From: Thraustochytrium aureum
Lineage: Eukaryota
Assembly: GCA_012862495.1 (NCBI GenBank)
Contig: BLSG01000078.1
Span: forward strand, 39,063-103,062
Direction: 5' to 3'
DNA length: 64,000 nucleotides
Part shown: piece by piece, positions 24,532 through 35,700 of the stretch
How positions within the stretch are numbered: position 1 is the stretch's first letter
How the letters are laid out: each line of letters starts with the position of its first letter
Translations under genes and position numbers: made by a program
The notes under the pieces: generated by a model
Told to the model about the DNA's origin: nothing
The model's database searches: none
The model's input: only the letters and a program-made list of their open reading frames with translations

Positions 24532-25500
24532 TTGCGAGCGCCGGACGACGTCGAGATGGCGATGGAGACCAAGACGATGGTCAAGCAAACTCGCGCGGTC
24601 ATCAAGGAGCTGAAGGCGGAGATCGCAGAGCTTGAATGCATTGTGAAAGACCAGGACGCCGAGCACCAGGAGCAACGTTCGAAACTCGAAGCGCGCGTCG
24701 CCCACGAGCGCGCGATGCGAGAAGAGTATCGGGTATCACTTGCGCAGCTGGCGGCAGCAGCCGGAGTTGAGCTGCTCGAGAGCACCCAGGACTGTGCACC
24801 TGGCTGGATCTCGCGAGCCACGCAAAGGATCGTCGCGGCGATTCGGAGCTCTGCAAGCGCTGCCAAAAAGGCCGAGCTCGAGGCGTTGAGCGCCAGCACG
24901 CGCCTCGCAGAAGGCGGGAGCGAGGTTGTCAAACTTCGGGAGCAAGTTGAGCAAGCCAGAGAGCTAGCAGTAGCCAAGGCGAGACTCGAGGAGCAAGCAG
25001 CCCATCTCGAGGCGCAGCTCAAGGAGCAAGCGTCAACGATCTCAGCGTTGTGCGAGCGGCGCGAAAGGGAGAAGAAGGCCCTGTTCGAGGCCATTGAGAA
25101 GGCAAGATCGGCACTGCAAGCTCAGCGCCAAAGCTTTGACGCGGCCTTTCAAGCCACCCAAAAGGAGGCGCAAGAGCGCGAGTCCAAGCAGGCTTCCACG
25201 ATTCGCGTCCTCGAGTGTCAAGTCGAGCGGCTGACGCGCAAGCTCGAGGTCGAGCGCGACCAGCTCGCAGATGCCGCACGCCGCAGTGCGGAAGTAGAAG
25301 CCACGCGGGACGTGCTACGTGCGGGCGAGGCGAGCAGTCGGGCTGCGAAAGAGGAAAGCGAGAAGCAGCTGGCGCAGGCCAGAGTCGAACTGAACCAACT
25401 GCGCGAGGCCCTCGAGAAGCGAAGACGTCACGAATCGCTCCTCGATCAAGTGAGCTTTGCGGTGCGCGAGATTCGCCAAGGACGACATGGCGCGCGCTGA
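24532..25500 (+). CDS. Coiled-coil protein of unknown function (start uncertain)
   Basis: A 322-aa E/A/R/Q/L-rich ORF with heptad character. Confidence 0.7.
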   Translation: MRAPDDVEMAMETKTMVKQTRAVIKELKAEIAELECIVKDQDAEHQEQRSKLEARVAHERAMREEYRVSLAQLAAAAGVELLESTQDCAPGWISRATQRIVAAIRSSASAAKKAELEALSASTRLAEGGSEVVKLREQVEQARELAVAKARLEEQAAHLEAQLKEQASTISALCERREREKKALFEAIEKARSALQAQRQSFDAAFQATQKEAQERESKQASTIRVLECQVERLTRKLEVERDQLADAARRSAEVEATRDVLRAGEASSRAAKEESEKQLAQARVELNQLREALEKRRRHESLLDQVSFAVREIRQGRHGAR

Positions 25501-25623
25501 CCCAGGGCGAGACGTAAAACTCTTGCTTTTTCCCAACCTTTTTCCTATCTTCTCTTGTGGGATCAAGAACCGCCTCTTGGAGATCGTCGAGTTCCGTGGG
25601 CTTGGTTGCTTGGTTGCTTGCCT

Positions 25624-26694
25624 TCAGTCGTCGAGGTCGAGGCAAATGACTGCGCTTCCTTGGACAGGGACGTCAGCAAACTCCTTGCCCTTTGCTGGTG
25701 TGCGATCGGACTCGCTCGAGGGACTAGAGGCCTCGAGTGTGCGAGCGCGAGCCTTCCTGAGAACAGGGGTGCGCTGCGGCAGAAAGACGTTGATTAACGA
25801 TTCGTCGCTCGACACTGAGTCCGAGTCCGAGTCCGAGTCAGAGTTCAAATGCGCGGCGACTGCGAGCGGTTCAGCGTGACTCGAGCTTGCCACGGACTGG
25901 GTCTCTTCGTGGCCTTCCATTGTAGACGCTCGTTCCTCGACACTGTCGCCATCCGTGCTGGCATTCTCGACGCCGCTGTCATCGTCATCCTCGGACGAGC
26001 TGTCGTTGTAGGTGTTGGTGCGCTCTTGCGAATGGAAGAGGCTGCTGCCCATGCTGACGTCCGCGGAGCTGCGGTGATAGTCCTCGTCTTCGCTATCGTC
26101 GCTCAAGTGCGACTGGGCCTCGGGCTGCGTGACGGTCGCGCTGGCAATTGGGGTCCGCTTGGCAGGCTCCGGGTCGGAACTCTGCTCGTTTTGAAGGACA
26201 GGGGTAGCGTGGTGCGCTTCGCTCGGGCCCGCGCCTGGCTCTGCTTGTTGGGACTCGGCATTGTCATTCGCGGCGGCGTCGTCTTCTTGCAGCTCGTCAT
26301 CTTCGGTGTCGCTGCACCCCGCGGCGTCCTCGCTCGTGCTAGGCAAGACGAGATCCACTTGCTCCGCGGCCTGCTCGCTGGCCTGCTCGCTGGCCTGTTC
26401 GGTTGCCGAGGGTTGGCCGCCCTCGATCAGCGGGTACTCGCTCACCTGAGCCCTGTGGCGCTTTGCGTTTGGCTCGACGCAGACCAGGCGCGTCTCCTCT
26501 TCTGCTTCTGACGCCGTGCAGCGCCTGCGTTTCCCTACCGCCGCGGACAGGCCGGCGACGAGCAGCGCCGCGCCGCCCGCTGCCACGTACATCGGATTCG
26601 CCGCAAGCGCCGGCAGCACGTACCTGTACGTCGGATGCAGCATCTGGTTCAGCGGCAGGCGGTACAGCGCCCCCGCGAGCCCAAGCGACTCCAT
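25624..26694 (-). CDS. Hypothetical protein with one N-proximal hydrophobic segment and a long acidic disordered region
   Basis: The ORF starts MESLGLAGALY. It has a hydrophobic stretch YVAAGGAALLVAGLSAAV followed by KRRR, a D/E/S-rich body, and ends VICLDLDD*. Confidence 0.6.
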   Translation of the reverse strand: MESLGLAGALYRLPLNQMLHPTYRYVLPALAANPMYVAAGGAALLVAGLSAAVGKRRRCTASEAEEETRLVCVEPNAKRHRAQVSEYPLIEGGQPSATEQASEQASEQAAEQVDLVLPSTSEDAAGCSDTEDDELQEDDAAANDNAESQQAEPGAGPSEAHHATPVLQNEQSSDPEPAKRTPIASATVTQPEAQSHLSDDSEDEDYHRSSADVSMGSSLFHSQERTNTYNDSSSEDDDDSGVENASTDGDSVEERASTMEGHEETQSVASSSHAEPLAVAAHLNSDSDSDSDSVSSDESLINVFLPQRTPVLRKARARTLEASSPSSESDRTPAKGKEFADVPVQGSAVICLDLDD

Positions 26695-26989
26695 CGCGTC
26701 CGTGCGTCCGCGAGCGCCTTCCGACCGCGGTCGCGCGCCGAGCACCAGGCTGTCCTGGGACAGACACGACAGCAACAAGTCGCAACCAGAGCGCGAGCCG
26801 CCGCCCCAAAGCCAGCACCAGCGGCACAGCCAGCCAGCACAGCCAGCGCCGGCGCCAGCAGCGGCCGCCTCTGTCGCGCCTCTGTCGCGCCAATCGATCG
26901 CTCGAGCGGGCGAACGCTGCTCGTCTTCGGTGTCTGCCAGCGCCCTGCTGCGAACTCCAATGCGTTGCTCCTGCATTGCTCTTCGAGTG

Positions 26990-27200
26990 GTCTTCTTTGG
27001 TTTCTTCTTTCTTTCCTTTGGTTTTCCTTTGGTTTTCCTTTAGTTTTCCTTTGGTTTTTTTCATTTGGTTTTCCTTTGGTTTTCATTTGGTTTTTCCTTT
27101 GGTTTTTTTCATTTGGTTTTCAGGAACATTTGCCAATTTTGGTTTGGTTTTCGTCCATGTGTTTCTCATTTGTTTCTCCTTTGTTTCTCACTTGTTTCTC
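26990..27200. repeat. T-rich degenerate tandem repeat (CCTTTGGTTTT / CATTTGGTTTT units)
   Basis: Repeated ctttggtttt and catttggtttt units give a sharp local drop in GC. Confidence 0.85.
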
Positions 27201-28347
27201 ATCTGCTTTCTGTCTTTCTTCGCAGGAGCACCAGGGAGAACCGCGCAGAACATCACATCACATAGACAGAAAACAAGAGGGGAAAAGAAAGCACTTTAGA
27301 AGGCACTTTAGTAGGCACGTTTCGTGCCTCTGGCCAGTTCTCAAATAGAGGGTCACATCCGCAGAGGGCTGCCGGGGTTCTCTCCTCTCAGGCGGGTGAA
27401 GCCTCGTGGGCGTTCGCTGCTCTCACGAGGGTTCGCCGAAGCCGTGAGGAGGCCCTGCTGGCGCCTCACAGCGTTCGGGAGAAAGCGTGGGAGGAGGTTT
27501 GCGGTCCGCCTCCGTGCAAAAGATGTTTGAGGGTAAAATAGAGGGAAGGATTCGGCTTGTGAGGGCGGGGAGGAAATGGCGAGGACTTTTCTTCATCAGG
27601 TCGCCTTTTGGCGGGCGAACTGAGCGCGAATGCGAGCGCGCCGTTGCGGGTGCTGCAGGCTCGAGTTGAAGCCGCCGTGCTGCTTCATGAGTGCGCGCAT
27701 GTTCACTTCAAGTTGCTGGTCTGCGGGCTGGGTGCCGGCTGCCACTGCCAGGAGGGAGAGTTGCTCGGTTTTCGCCCAACGCGACCGCGACTGCGACCCA
27801 ATCAATGCAGAAAGTNNNNNNNNNNNNNNNNNNNNNNNNNNNNNNNNNNNNNNNNNNNNNNNNNNNNNNNNNNNNNNNNNNNNNNNNNNNNNNNNNNNNN
27901 NNNNNNNNNNNNNNNNNNNNNNNNNNNNNNNNNNNNNNNNNNNNNNNNNNNNNNNNNNNNNNNNNNNNNNNNNNNNNNNNNNNNNNNNNNNNNNNNNNNN
28001 NNNNNNNNNNNNNNNNNNNNNNNNNNNNNNNNNNNNNNNNNNNNNNNNNNNNNNNNNNNNNNNNNNNNNNNNNNNNNNNNNNNNNNNNNNNNNNNNNNNN
28101 NNGTTCGCTGCGCTCGTCGAGGACTGCGCAGAAGGCTCTGCGCCGCGTCGGGGCCTTGAGCTTGAGGCATGGAGCCTCGGAGCGAGACCGGTGAGTAATA
28201 GGATATTTCATTTAGAGTATTTAGAAGTAGTGTAGATTGTAGTGTTTGGTGGCGCATGGCGCGGTTGGGTGGCCTTGGGAATTTCCCAATTCCAAGCAGG
28301 CGGAGCATCGCACGCCAGCTCACGGTGTTGCGGGGTCACAGGCATCT

Positions 28348-28956
28348 TCATGGCGACTGGTTCTGCGGCATGAACGGGCGATGATGGAGTGGCAGCGCCT
28401 CCTCATCTCCACTGAGGCGAAGACCCTGAAGCAGGTCGCACGTCCTCGTCGGGCTCAGGTCGTCCCGCGACAATCGGCGTGGTGGCCACCGCGTCACAAC
28501 GAGGTGGTCGATATCCTCTGGGGCCTCGCGCAGGCTCCAGCAGAGGTCGCACTCGGTGGAGCAAAACAGGTCGCTCGACCCACAAAACACGATGTTGCAA
28601 TTCACGCAGTTGCGCTGGTGCCAGCGCGACGCCGGCGAGCTCGAACGCGCGGCATTCTTGCACGCTCTGCGCTCCTCCATTGTCCAGTGCCGCCCTGCCG
28701 CAAGTCTCGCTGCAGCCTGGCGGAGTGTTGTCGTCAACGCCAAAGCGGTCGCAGTCCGGCACTTGTTCAACTCAAACGCTGCACGCTCCACGACGGCTTG
28801 CGATTTCTCTCGCTGCCAGCTTCCTGCGTTGCCTTGCGATTTGCCTGCGCTGCTTGGTCTGCTTGGCCTGCTTGGTCTTTCTTGTCTGCTTGGTCGATTG
28901 GGGACTGAGACTGCCTCAGCAGCACGCTGCATTGCACCGCGATTCGCATCTTTCAC
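28348..28956 (-). CDS. Hypothetical protein with FCS-type Cys motif
   Basis: A 202-aa ORF containing CVNCNIVFCGSSDLFCSTECDLC (CxxC...FCSxEC). Confidence 0.4.
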   Translation of the reverse strand: MKDANRGAMQRAAEAVSVPNRPSRQERPSRPSRPSSAGKSQGNAGSWQREKSQAVVERAAFELNKCRTATALALTTTLRQAAARLAAGRHWTMEERRACKNAARSSSPASRWHQRNCVNCNIVFCGSSDLFCSTECDLCWSLREAPEDIDHLVVTRWPPRRLSRDDLSPTRTCDLLQGLRLSGDEEALPLHHRPFMPQNQSP

Positions 28957-29528
28957 AGTGTTGCAGCAGTGCTCTACGGGGGCATCGGAGAATTAAGGCA
29001 GATTTTCTCGCAATATATTTGTGTATTTTCCGTTAAACGGATAAATCCAAAACCGCTGCTTTAAGCTGCGCAGGATCGCTTTGGACAGTCCCTTAGAGGG
29101 ATCCACACCGCTCCCCTCCTAAAAATCCACGGATCCGCTCTCCCCTCACAGTGGCCCCCTCAACGAATCCGTGGAGAACGAGTATCGCTAATCACGCACT
29201 AGGACCTCCTACCGCCGGCGCAAATGGGAGCCGGACTGGGGAGCAAACGCGGCCGTCGTCGTTTGCTCATTGTTTGCTCGATGTTTGCTCGATTTTTGCT
29301 CATTGTTTGCTCCAACGAGTTCCACTTTTCAGTCGCAGGATGCTCCCCGTACGGCCGGCAGCCGCGTCTGACTGACCTCCTCAGAGTCCTCACCCATCAG
29401 AGCAGCGATGGCCCGGCCAAGCGTCCCACCATGCAGCTGTCCATCGATCCACAAAAGTCCAAACCAAAACAAAACAGACCTTAACGGTACTCTTCCCTGT
29501 TCGTTGGGTCGACTTTGGGACGCGAGAC

Positions 29529-29535
29529 AAAAAAA
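29529..29535 (-). terminator. Pol III oligo-dT terminator of tRNA-Ser
   Basis: A T7 run lies on the minus strand one base after the tRNA 3' end. Confidence 0.8.
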
Positions 29536-29536
29536 G

Positions 29537-29618
29537 CGACCTGAGAGAGACTCGAACTCTCGCGTGCAGAGCACAATTGGTTAGCAGCCAATCCCGTTAA
29601 CCACTCCGGCATCAGGCC
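29537..29618 (-). tRNA. trnS-GCT: tRNA-Ser(GCT)
   Basis: The reverse complement is GGCCTGA-TGCCGGAGTGGTTAACGGG-ATTGG CT GCT AA CCAAT-TGTGCTCTGCACGC-GAGAG TTCGAGT CTCTC-TCAGGTC-G. This 82-nt sequence folds as a cloverleaf with a long variable arm and a G discriminator. Confidence 0.97.
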
Positions 29619-30771
29619 AATGCGCAGGCTTTCGCCACCTGGTTGACTGCAGCACCCCTTCCTTTCTAATAAAAAATTCTTCCGGTGCAGAGGCGGCAGA
29701 ACACACAACAGCCGCCGCGCCGTACAGAAGGGCCCCGACGTTGGCTTCAAAAACCTCTGCCGTTGTTCACCTTTTTCCGAGAGCTGTTTCTGCCTTTGGC
29801 GACGGTTCCTATTCTGTTCCTATTCTGTTCCTGTTNNNNNNNNNNNNNNNNNNNNNNNNNNNNNNNNNNNNNNNNNNNNNNNNNNNNNNNNNNNNNNNNN
29901 NNNNNNNNNNNNNNNNNNNNNNNNNNNNNNNNNNNNNNNNNNNNNNNNNNNNNNNNNNNNNNNNNNNNNNNNNNNNNNNNNNNNNNNNNNNNNNNNNNNN
30001 NNNNNNNNNNNNNNNNNNNNNNNNNNNNNNNNNNNNNNNNNNNNNNNNNNNNNNNNNNNNNNNNNNNNNNNNNNNNNNNNNNNNNNNNNNNNNNNNNNNN
30101 NNNNNNNNNNNNNNNNNNNNNNNNNNNNNNNNNNNNNNNNNNNNNNNNNNNNNNNNNNNNNNNNNNNNNNNNNNNNNNNNNNNNNNNNNNNNNNNNNNNN
30201 NNNNNNNNNNNNNNNNNNNNNNNNNNNNNNNNNNNNNNNNNNNNNNNNNNNNNNNNNNNNNNNNNNNNNNNNNNNNNNNNNNNNNNNNNNNNNNNNNNNN
30301 NNNNNNNNNNNNNNNNNNNNNNNNNNNNNNNNNNNNNNNNNNNNNNNNNNNNNNNNNNNNNNNNNNNNNNNNNNNNNNNNNNNNNNNNNNNNNNNNNNNN
30401 NNNNNNNNNNNNNNNNNNNNNNNNNNNNNNNNNNNNNNNNNNNNNNNNNNNNNNNNNNNNNNNNNNNNNNNNNNNNNNNNNNNNNNNNNNNNNNNNNNNN
30501 NNNNNNNNNNNNNNNNNNNNNNNNNNNNNNNNNNNNNNNNNNNNNNNNNNNNNNNNNNNNNNNNNNNNNNNNNNNNNNNNNNNNNNNNNNNNNNNNNNNN
30601 NNNNNNNNNNNNNNNNNNNNNNNNNNNNNNNNNNNNNNNNNNNNNNNNNNNNNNNNNNNNNNNNNNNNNNNNNNNNNNNNNNNNNNNNNNNNNNNNNNNN
30701 NNNNNNNNNNNNNNNNNNNNNNNNNNNNNNNNNNNNNNNNNNNNNNNNNNNNNNNNNNNNNNNNNNNNNNC

Positions 30772-30843
30772 ACCGAGCTCATCGAAGAGGCCTTTGGCGA
30801 CGACGTGCAGTCAATCGACACCCAGGCCATGAGCAAGGTCTAA
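30772..30843 (+). CDS. EEF1B2: C-terminal end of translation elongation factor 1-beta (remainder in gap 29835-30770)
   Basis: TELIEEAFGDDVQSIDTQAMSKV* resembles the conserved EF-1beta C-terminus (..EDxVQSxDIAAFNKI*). Only 23 codons are visible. Confidence 0.65.
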   Translation, partial: TELIEEAFGDDVQSIDTQAMSKV

Positions 30844-31079
30844 GCAAGGAGGGCTTCTTTTTGCCCCTGCTCTGCGACCACCACCTACACACACTTTGCA
30901 GCGAGCGGGGAGCACTTCTCGCTCGCTTTGAAGGGCTCGCGCCCACTTTGTCTCAGGACATTAACGACAAAACCAGCCAATCACTCCCCCTCAAAAGAGG
31001 AAAACGTCCGAGGCCCCAACCGATCGCACCGTTCTTGCATTTTGCCCAAGAGCTCTCTACCACCTAAACCACCACCGTG

Positions 31080-31174
31080 GCTTGCCTTGCGACTTGCCTT
31101 GCGACTTGCCCTGCGGCTTGCCTTGCGACTTGCCTTGCGACTTGCCTTGCGGCTTGACTTGCGGCTTGACTTGC
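31080..31174. repeat. 12-bp tandem repeat (CTTGCCTTGCGA) x ~7-8
   Basis: Seen directly, between two convergent 3' ends. Confidence 0.9.
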
Positions 31175-31229
31175 TCTGTAGCATGCATCGCCTTGCGGCC
31201 CTCTCCCTCTCTGTGCGGCAGCGGGCGGT

Positions 31230-31984
31230 TCAGGCGTTCCACCACTCGTAGATCTCGTCGAGCGTAAGCGCCCCCCCGCACTGCGGGGCAATTCGCATCG
31301 CAAGGCGCTCAACCTCGGCCGCCGGAAGCGCTGCTGCGAGCCTCTTGTCAAGCCGAAGAGCGACCTCGTTCAGGCGCGAAGCTGGCACTACGTCGCTGCC
31401 GCCTGCGACGGCCCGGAACGCCGCCTCAAAGTCCTGGTACGAGCTTGTCACCCGGGCGAGCCCGCTCTCGCGCCGCTCTTGCGCTCCTGCACTCTACGTA
31501 GCTCCTCGGCGAGGGACCTGCTATCTGCGAGGATGGCCGCGTTGCTAACCACCTCGCACGCGCTCTCCGCGCGCGCAAGCAATGCTAGCACCTGCGCCGG
31601 CTCGGCGCCTGTCGTGTGCGCGAGCCGCGCCTGGACACGCATGCATGCGCTTTGGCCGTCCGCGTCTGCGATGGCCGCAAATAACTCCAGAGCGCTCGCC
31701 AAGTCCTTAGACGCGCTCTTGGCTGTCGCCGCACGCTTTTCCAAAGCGCCATAGGCGACCTCAAGCGCGTGCAGCGTGCCGCGGCAAAGTAGGGCCCTGG
31801 CCTTGAGCGCATCATTCTTCTCCGTCCCAAGCGCCCCAAAGTTGCTGTTTCCTTCATGCAGTTCCTCGAGCGATCTCAGCTGCTTGATCGCCCGCTCGCA
31901 GCTCTCATGCCCAACCGCGAGCGCCTCGCCGGCATTAAATCGCGCGAGGACATCCGGCTTTGCCACACCTGCCTTGGTGGCCAT
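31230..31984 (-). CDS. Helical (TPR-like) protein with C-terminal EF-hand-like pair; frameshift near 31455
   Basis: ORF 31448-31984 (Ala/Leu-rich helices) overlaps ORF 31230-31451. The latter reads YQDFEAAFRAVAGGSDVV...RIAPQCGGALTLDEIYEWWNA, a degenerate EF-hand pattern. Confidence 0.5.
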
Positions 31985-32758
31985 GACGCCTCCTCAGCCG
32001 GCGAGTCCCAGGCAGCGCCACCAGCCTCCGTTCCAACGCAGGACCCGGGACAAACGAGCCCGGCGCGGCGGCACGGCTCAGCAGCAGAGGCCTTTGGCCG
32101 CGCGCCTTGTGGCCACGGAGCGAGACACGTTTTTTTTTTCTCACGGCCAAGAGCCGTACTTGCTAGCTAGCGAGCTCTGAAGCCCCCAACGGGACCGCTT
32201 GCGCGGAAACCCCTTCGCTACAAGTATCTACGGCGCGCAACAGTCCAGCAGAGGCTTTCCTGGCAAGCGCCTCGCGGCCACGCGGGGAGCTGCCGCGCAC
32301 AGATCTTCGAGCAGCGTCGCCATCCCCGTGTCCAACAATGTATCCGTTAGGTCCGTTTCGTACTCCACCACGCAGCGTGAGGTGGTCGGCGCCGATGCTC
32401 GTGCCGCAAAGAGCCAAATCGCCCTCGATGGCGCCTGCGGTGGTTGCTCCGAGCACTGCGTGCGCTGCCGTCCGTGGGCGCGAGTAGGCAAGGCAAACGC
32501 CACCGAGCCNNNNNNNNNNNNNNNNNNNNNNNNNNNNNNNNNNNNNNNNNNNNNNNNNNNNNNNNNNNNNNNNNNNNNNNNNNNNNNNNNNNNNNNNNNN
32601 NNNNNNNNNNNNNNNNNNNNNNNNNNNNNNNNNNNNNNNNNNNNNNNNNNNNNNNNNNNNNNNNNNNNNNNNNNNNNNNNNNNNNNNNNNNNNNNNNNNN
32701 NNNNNNNNNNNNNNNNNNNNNNNNNNNNNNNNNNNNNNNNNNNNNNNNNNNNNNNNNN

Positions 32759-35700
32759 GTGACCCGGCTGGGAGCCCGAATCAAGCAGAGAGTGGAGGCG
32801 GCGCTTGATATACAGCGCGTTGCTCGCGGACGTCGCGGGCGCGTTTGTGCCGCCATGAGCGCGCGAGACAAGTCGCCGCGCTTGTGCTGCAGTGCGCGTG
32901 GCGCGCAAAGCGCTGTCGCGTCATGCTGCTAACACGCAAATCGCTTGACAACGCAAAGCACCGAGCAGCTCGCGATATTCAGCGCGCCTTCCGCGGGTGG
33001 AAGGGGCGGCGCCGTTCTCGAATCATGCGCAAGATCCTTCGCGTGCAGCTCGCCAAGATCGAGCGCATCAAGCAAATCCAGAAGGCGCAAGAGCGACTCC
33101 GTCGCGTGGGCGCGGCTGTTCTGATCCAGGCCTGGTGGCGCGCCTTGCAGCGGCGCTGGTTGACGCGATCAATGGTGCAAGTGCTCAAGCGACGGGCGGC
33201 GATCCGCATCCAGTCGTTTTGGAGAGCCGCGTGCGCGCGAATGCTGCTGCGGACGCTTGCACGTGAGCGCCGCGAGCAAGAGCGCCGCGAGCGAGCTGCC
33301 GCGGTTGTCCTTCAACGTCACTTGCGCAAAATGCACGCGCAGCGTCGCCTGTCCGCAATTCGCGATCACCAGCGGCAGCAAGCCGAGCGCAAGCGCCTCG
33401 ATCGCGACCGCCGAAAGCGCGAGCGGGTCGTCACAGTTCTTGGCAAGGCGATCAACATCACCAAAGGCCGTCGCGCGCTTCACGGAATCAAAAACCAGAT
33501 CAACCCGTTCGCAAAGCTGCAGCAAGAACGAGCTGCGCTTCGCATCCAGAGTGTCTTTCGCGGGCACCGCGCGCGTAGACGCGTTCGGAAACGCCGTGCT
33601 GCGGCAGACGCTGCACTCCGCAAGATGCAAGGGCAAGGTTCGCGCCGCCGCCCTCCGCATGCAGGCGCGATGGCGCGGGATTCAAGAGCGGCGTCGCATC
33701 CTTGCGCGTCGCCGAGACCTGGCAGCCAGCAAAGTCCAGGCCTTGTATCGGGCGAGACAAGCTCGACGGCAGCTTTTTAGGGCGCTTGAGCGAAACCACG
33801 CCGCATGCGTGGTGCAACGCCGCTGGCGCGGCAGGCTCGCGAGGAAGATGATGGCCTCCTTTCGTGAGCGCCGCCTCAGGGAATTCCATGCTGCCGTGCG
33901 TTGCCAGACCCTCGCTCGGATGTACCAAAGTCGCCAAGCGCTTGAGAGTCGTCTCGAGCGGGAGAGGTTTTGGCTCGAGGCCAAGGAGCAGGGGGAGCGA
34001 GAAACCGAAGCGGCTCAGCGACTCGAAGGCGACCGTCTCATGCTTCAGGCGGCCTTCCGTCGCGGCGCATCATCTGGTGAAGGAGAGCTTCAGGGGCTCT
34101 TTCGAGAGCTCGCCGGCGGCGCCGACAAGGTCACCAACGACCGGTTCGCAAAAGCTATTCTGCAAGCCGAGCCGACGCTGCCAGCGTTTGCTGACCGCAC
34201 GCTCATTGATCTTATCTACGCTGGGGCGCGCCGCGCCGAGGACGGCGTGTTTGGGTTTGCCCAGTTCCGTGCCGCCCTCGTCGAGCTGGGCTGGCACCTC
34301 TACCTGGTCAAAGACTGGCGGGTACAAGTTGCCCAGTTCAAGGCAGAGCAAGCTGCCGCTTCAAAGGCCGCTTCCAGGGCCGCCGAGGCGACGAGCGCCG
34401 AGGCCGGCCGGGCCAAGCGCAAGCAAGAAAAGGAAGCCATCAGGGAGTTTGAGGTGCAACACCGCGCCTTCTTGGTGGAAGGGTTTCGCTTTCGGCGCTA
34501 CGCGGGCGAGAGGGCACTCGTGCTCCGCGTCATGCACGATCACCTCTGGCGTGCCCCCTTTGCGCAGAACCAAAACGCGGCGCTTGCTGCGCGCTCAAGA
34601 GAAAAGCTCGTTTGGTGCGCGCTCAAGGTCCAGCGGCGATTCCGCGGCATGCACGCTCGTAGATTCATCAAGGCCTTTCGGGAACGGCGTGAGGCCGAGA
34701 TTAAGCGAGCCTGGGAGGACTGGAATGCGACGCGAATTCAGGCGGTGTGGCGAGGGGTACGGGAAAGGCGGCGCGTCCTGGCCATGCTCAAGCGCGTCTT
34801 TCAAAAGTGCTTTGACCCCGACACGCAAGCCACGTATTACTTTAACACGATTTCAGAGCAGTCGACGTGGTCCAAGCCCCTGCTGCTGGGCGACAACGAT
34901 GTTGACACGGCGGTGCGCCTTCCGACACACGAGGATGAGTTTGTTGTAAAGTGCGTCAAGTGCAAGGAGGCGACTGCCAACCTGGCCTGCAACGACTGCG
35001 CCGACCCGTTCTGCAAGGAGTGCTACCGCATCGAGCACCACAACCTGCCGACGCACACGTGTTCGCCAATCGAAACTTGCCAAGAGTGCCAGTATCAAGC
35101 AGTCACACGGTTCTGCCTGCGCTGCGCAAAGGCCTTCTGCTGTACCTGCTACGAGATTGCGCACTTGCAGCTGCAGCACGAGCATGCCAAGAAGATGGGC
35201 AGCGCGGAGGGTGGTGGGGCCCAGGCCGATCCAGAGCCGGCACCAGCAATCCAAGAGGCGCTGGAGCAGCACAAGTGGAAACCGATTGTCAAACAATGCG
35301 TCGAGTGCGAGGAGCGCGCGGTCAAGTGGAGGTGCGAAGGCTGCGGAGGCGACGATTACTGCTCGCGCTGCTATAAGCGTGTGCACCGGAAAGGCAAGCG
35401 AAAGGGTCACGCCTACAGACTCATCCCGTACATCTCTGTGGAGATGGCTCGCCGCGAGAGCGCCATTGCGGCGGAGCGCGAAACGCGCGAGCATGCCTCG
35501 CGCATCGAGCAGTGGCGAAAGGAGCAGGAGCAGATTGCCATGGAGCAAGTTGCCCTCAAACTGCAAGCACTGTGGCGCGGGCGCAAGGATCGCGTCCTTG
35601 GGCTTGGGATGCTCAAAGAAGCGCGGCTCAAGGAACGCCGTGTGTGGAAGCAAACCAAAGAAGACAACGCAGAGCGAAGCAAACTCCGCCACAAGGTTAA

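Noticed and set aside
26990..27200. TTTGG-rich tract as an interstitial telomere
   Set aside because: The units are irregular in length and do not match a TTAGGG/TTTAGGG-type repeat.
27400..27600. RNase MRP/P-like P4 pairing on the minus strand (AAAAGUCCUCG ... ACGAGGCU)
   Set aside because: The pairing is suggestive, but the intervening sequence is largely an unstructured pyrimidine tract and no convincing P1 is present. The upstream part overlaps a plausible ORF end at 27596. It is kept only within the general hairpin finding.
29685..31067. Long ORFs running through N-gaps (here and at other gaps)
   Set aside because: Their length is an artefact of translating N as X.
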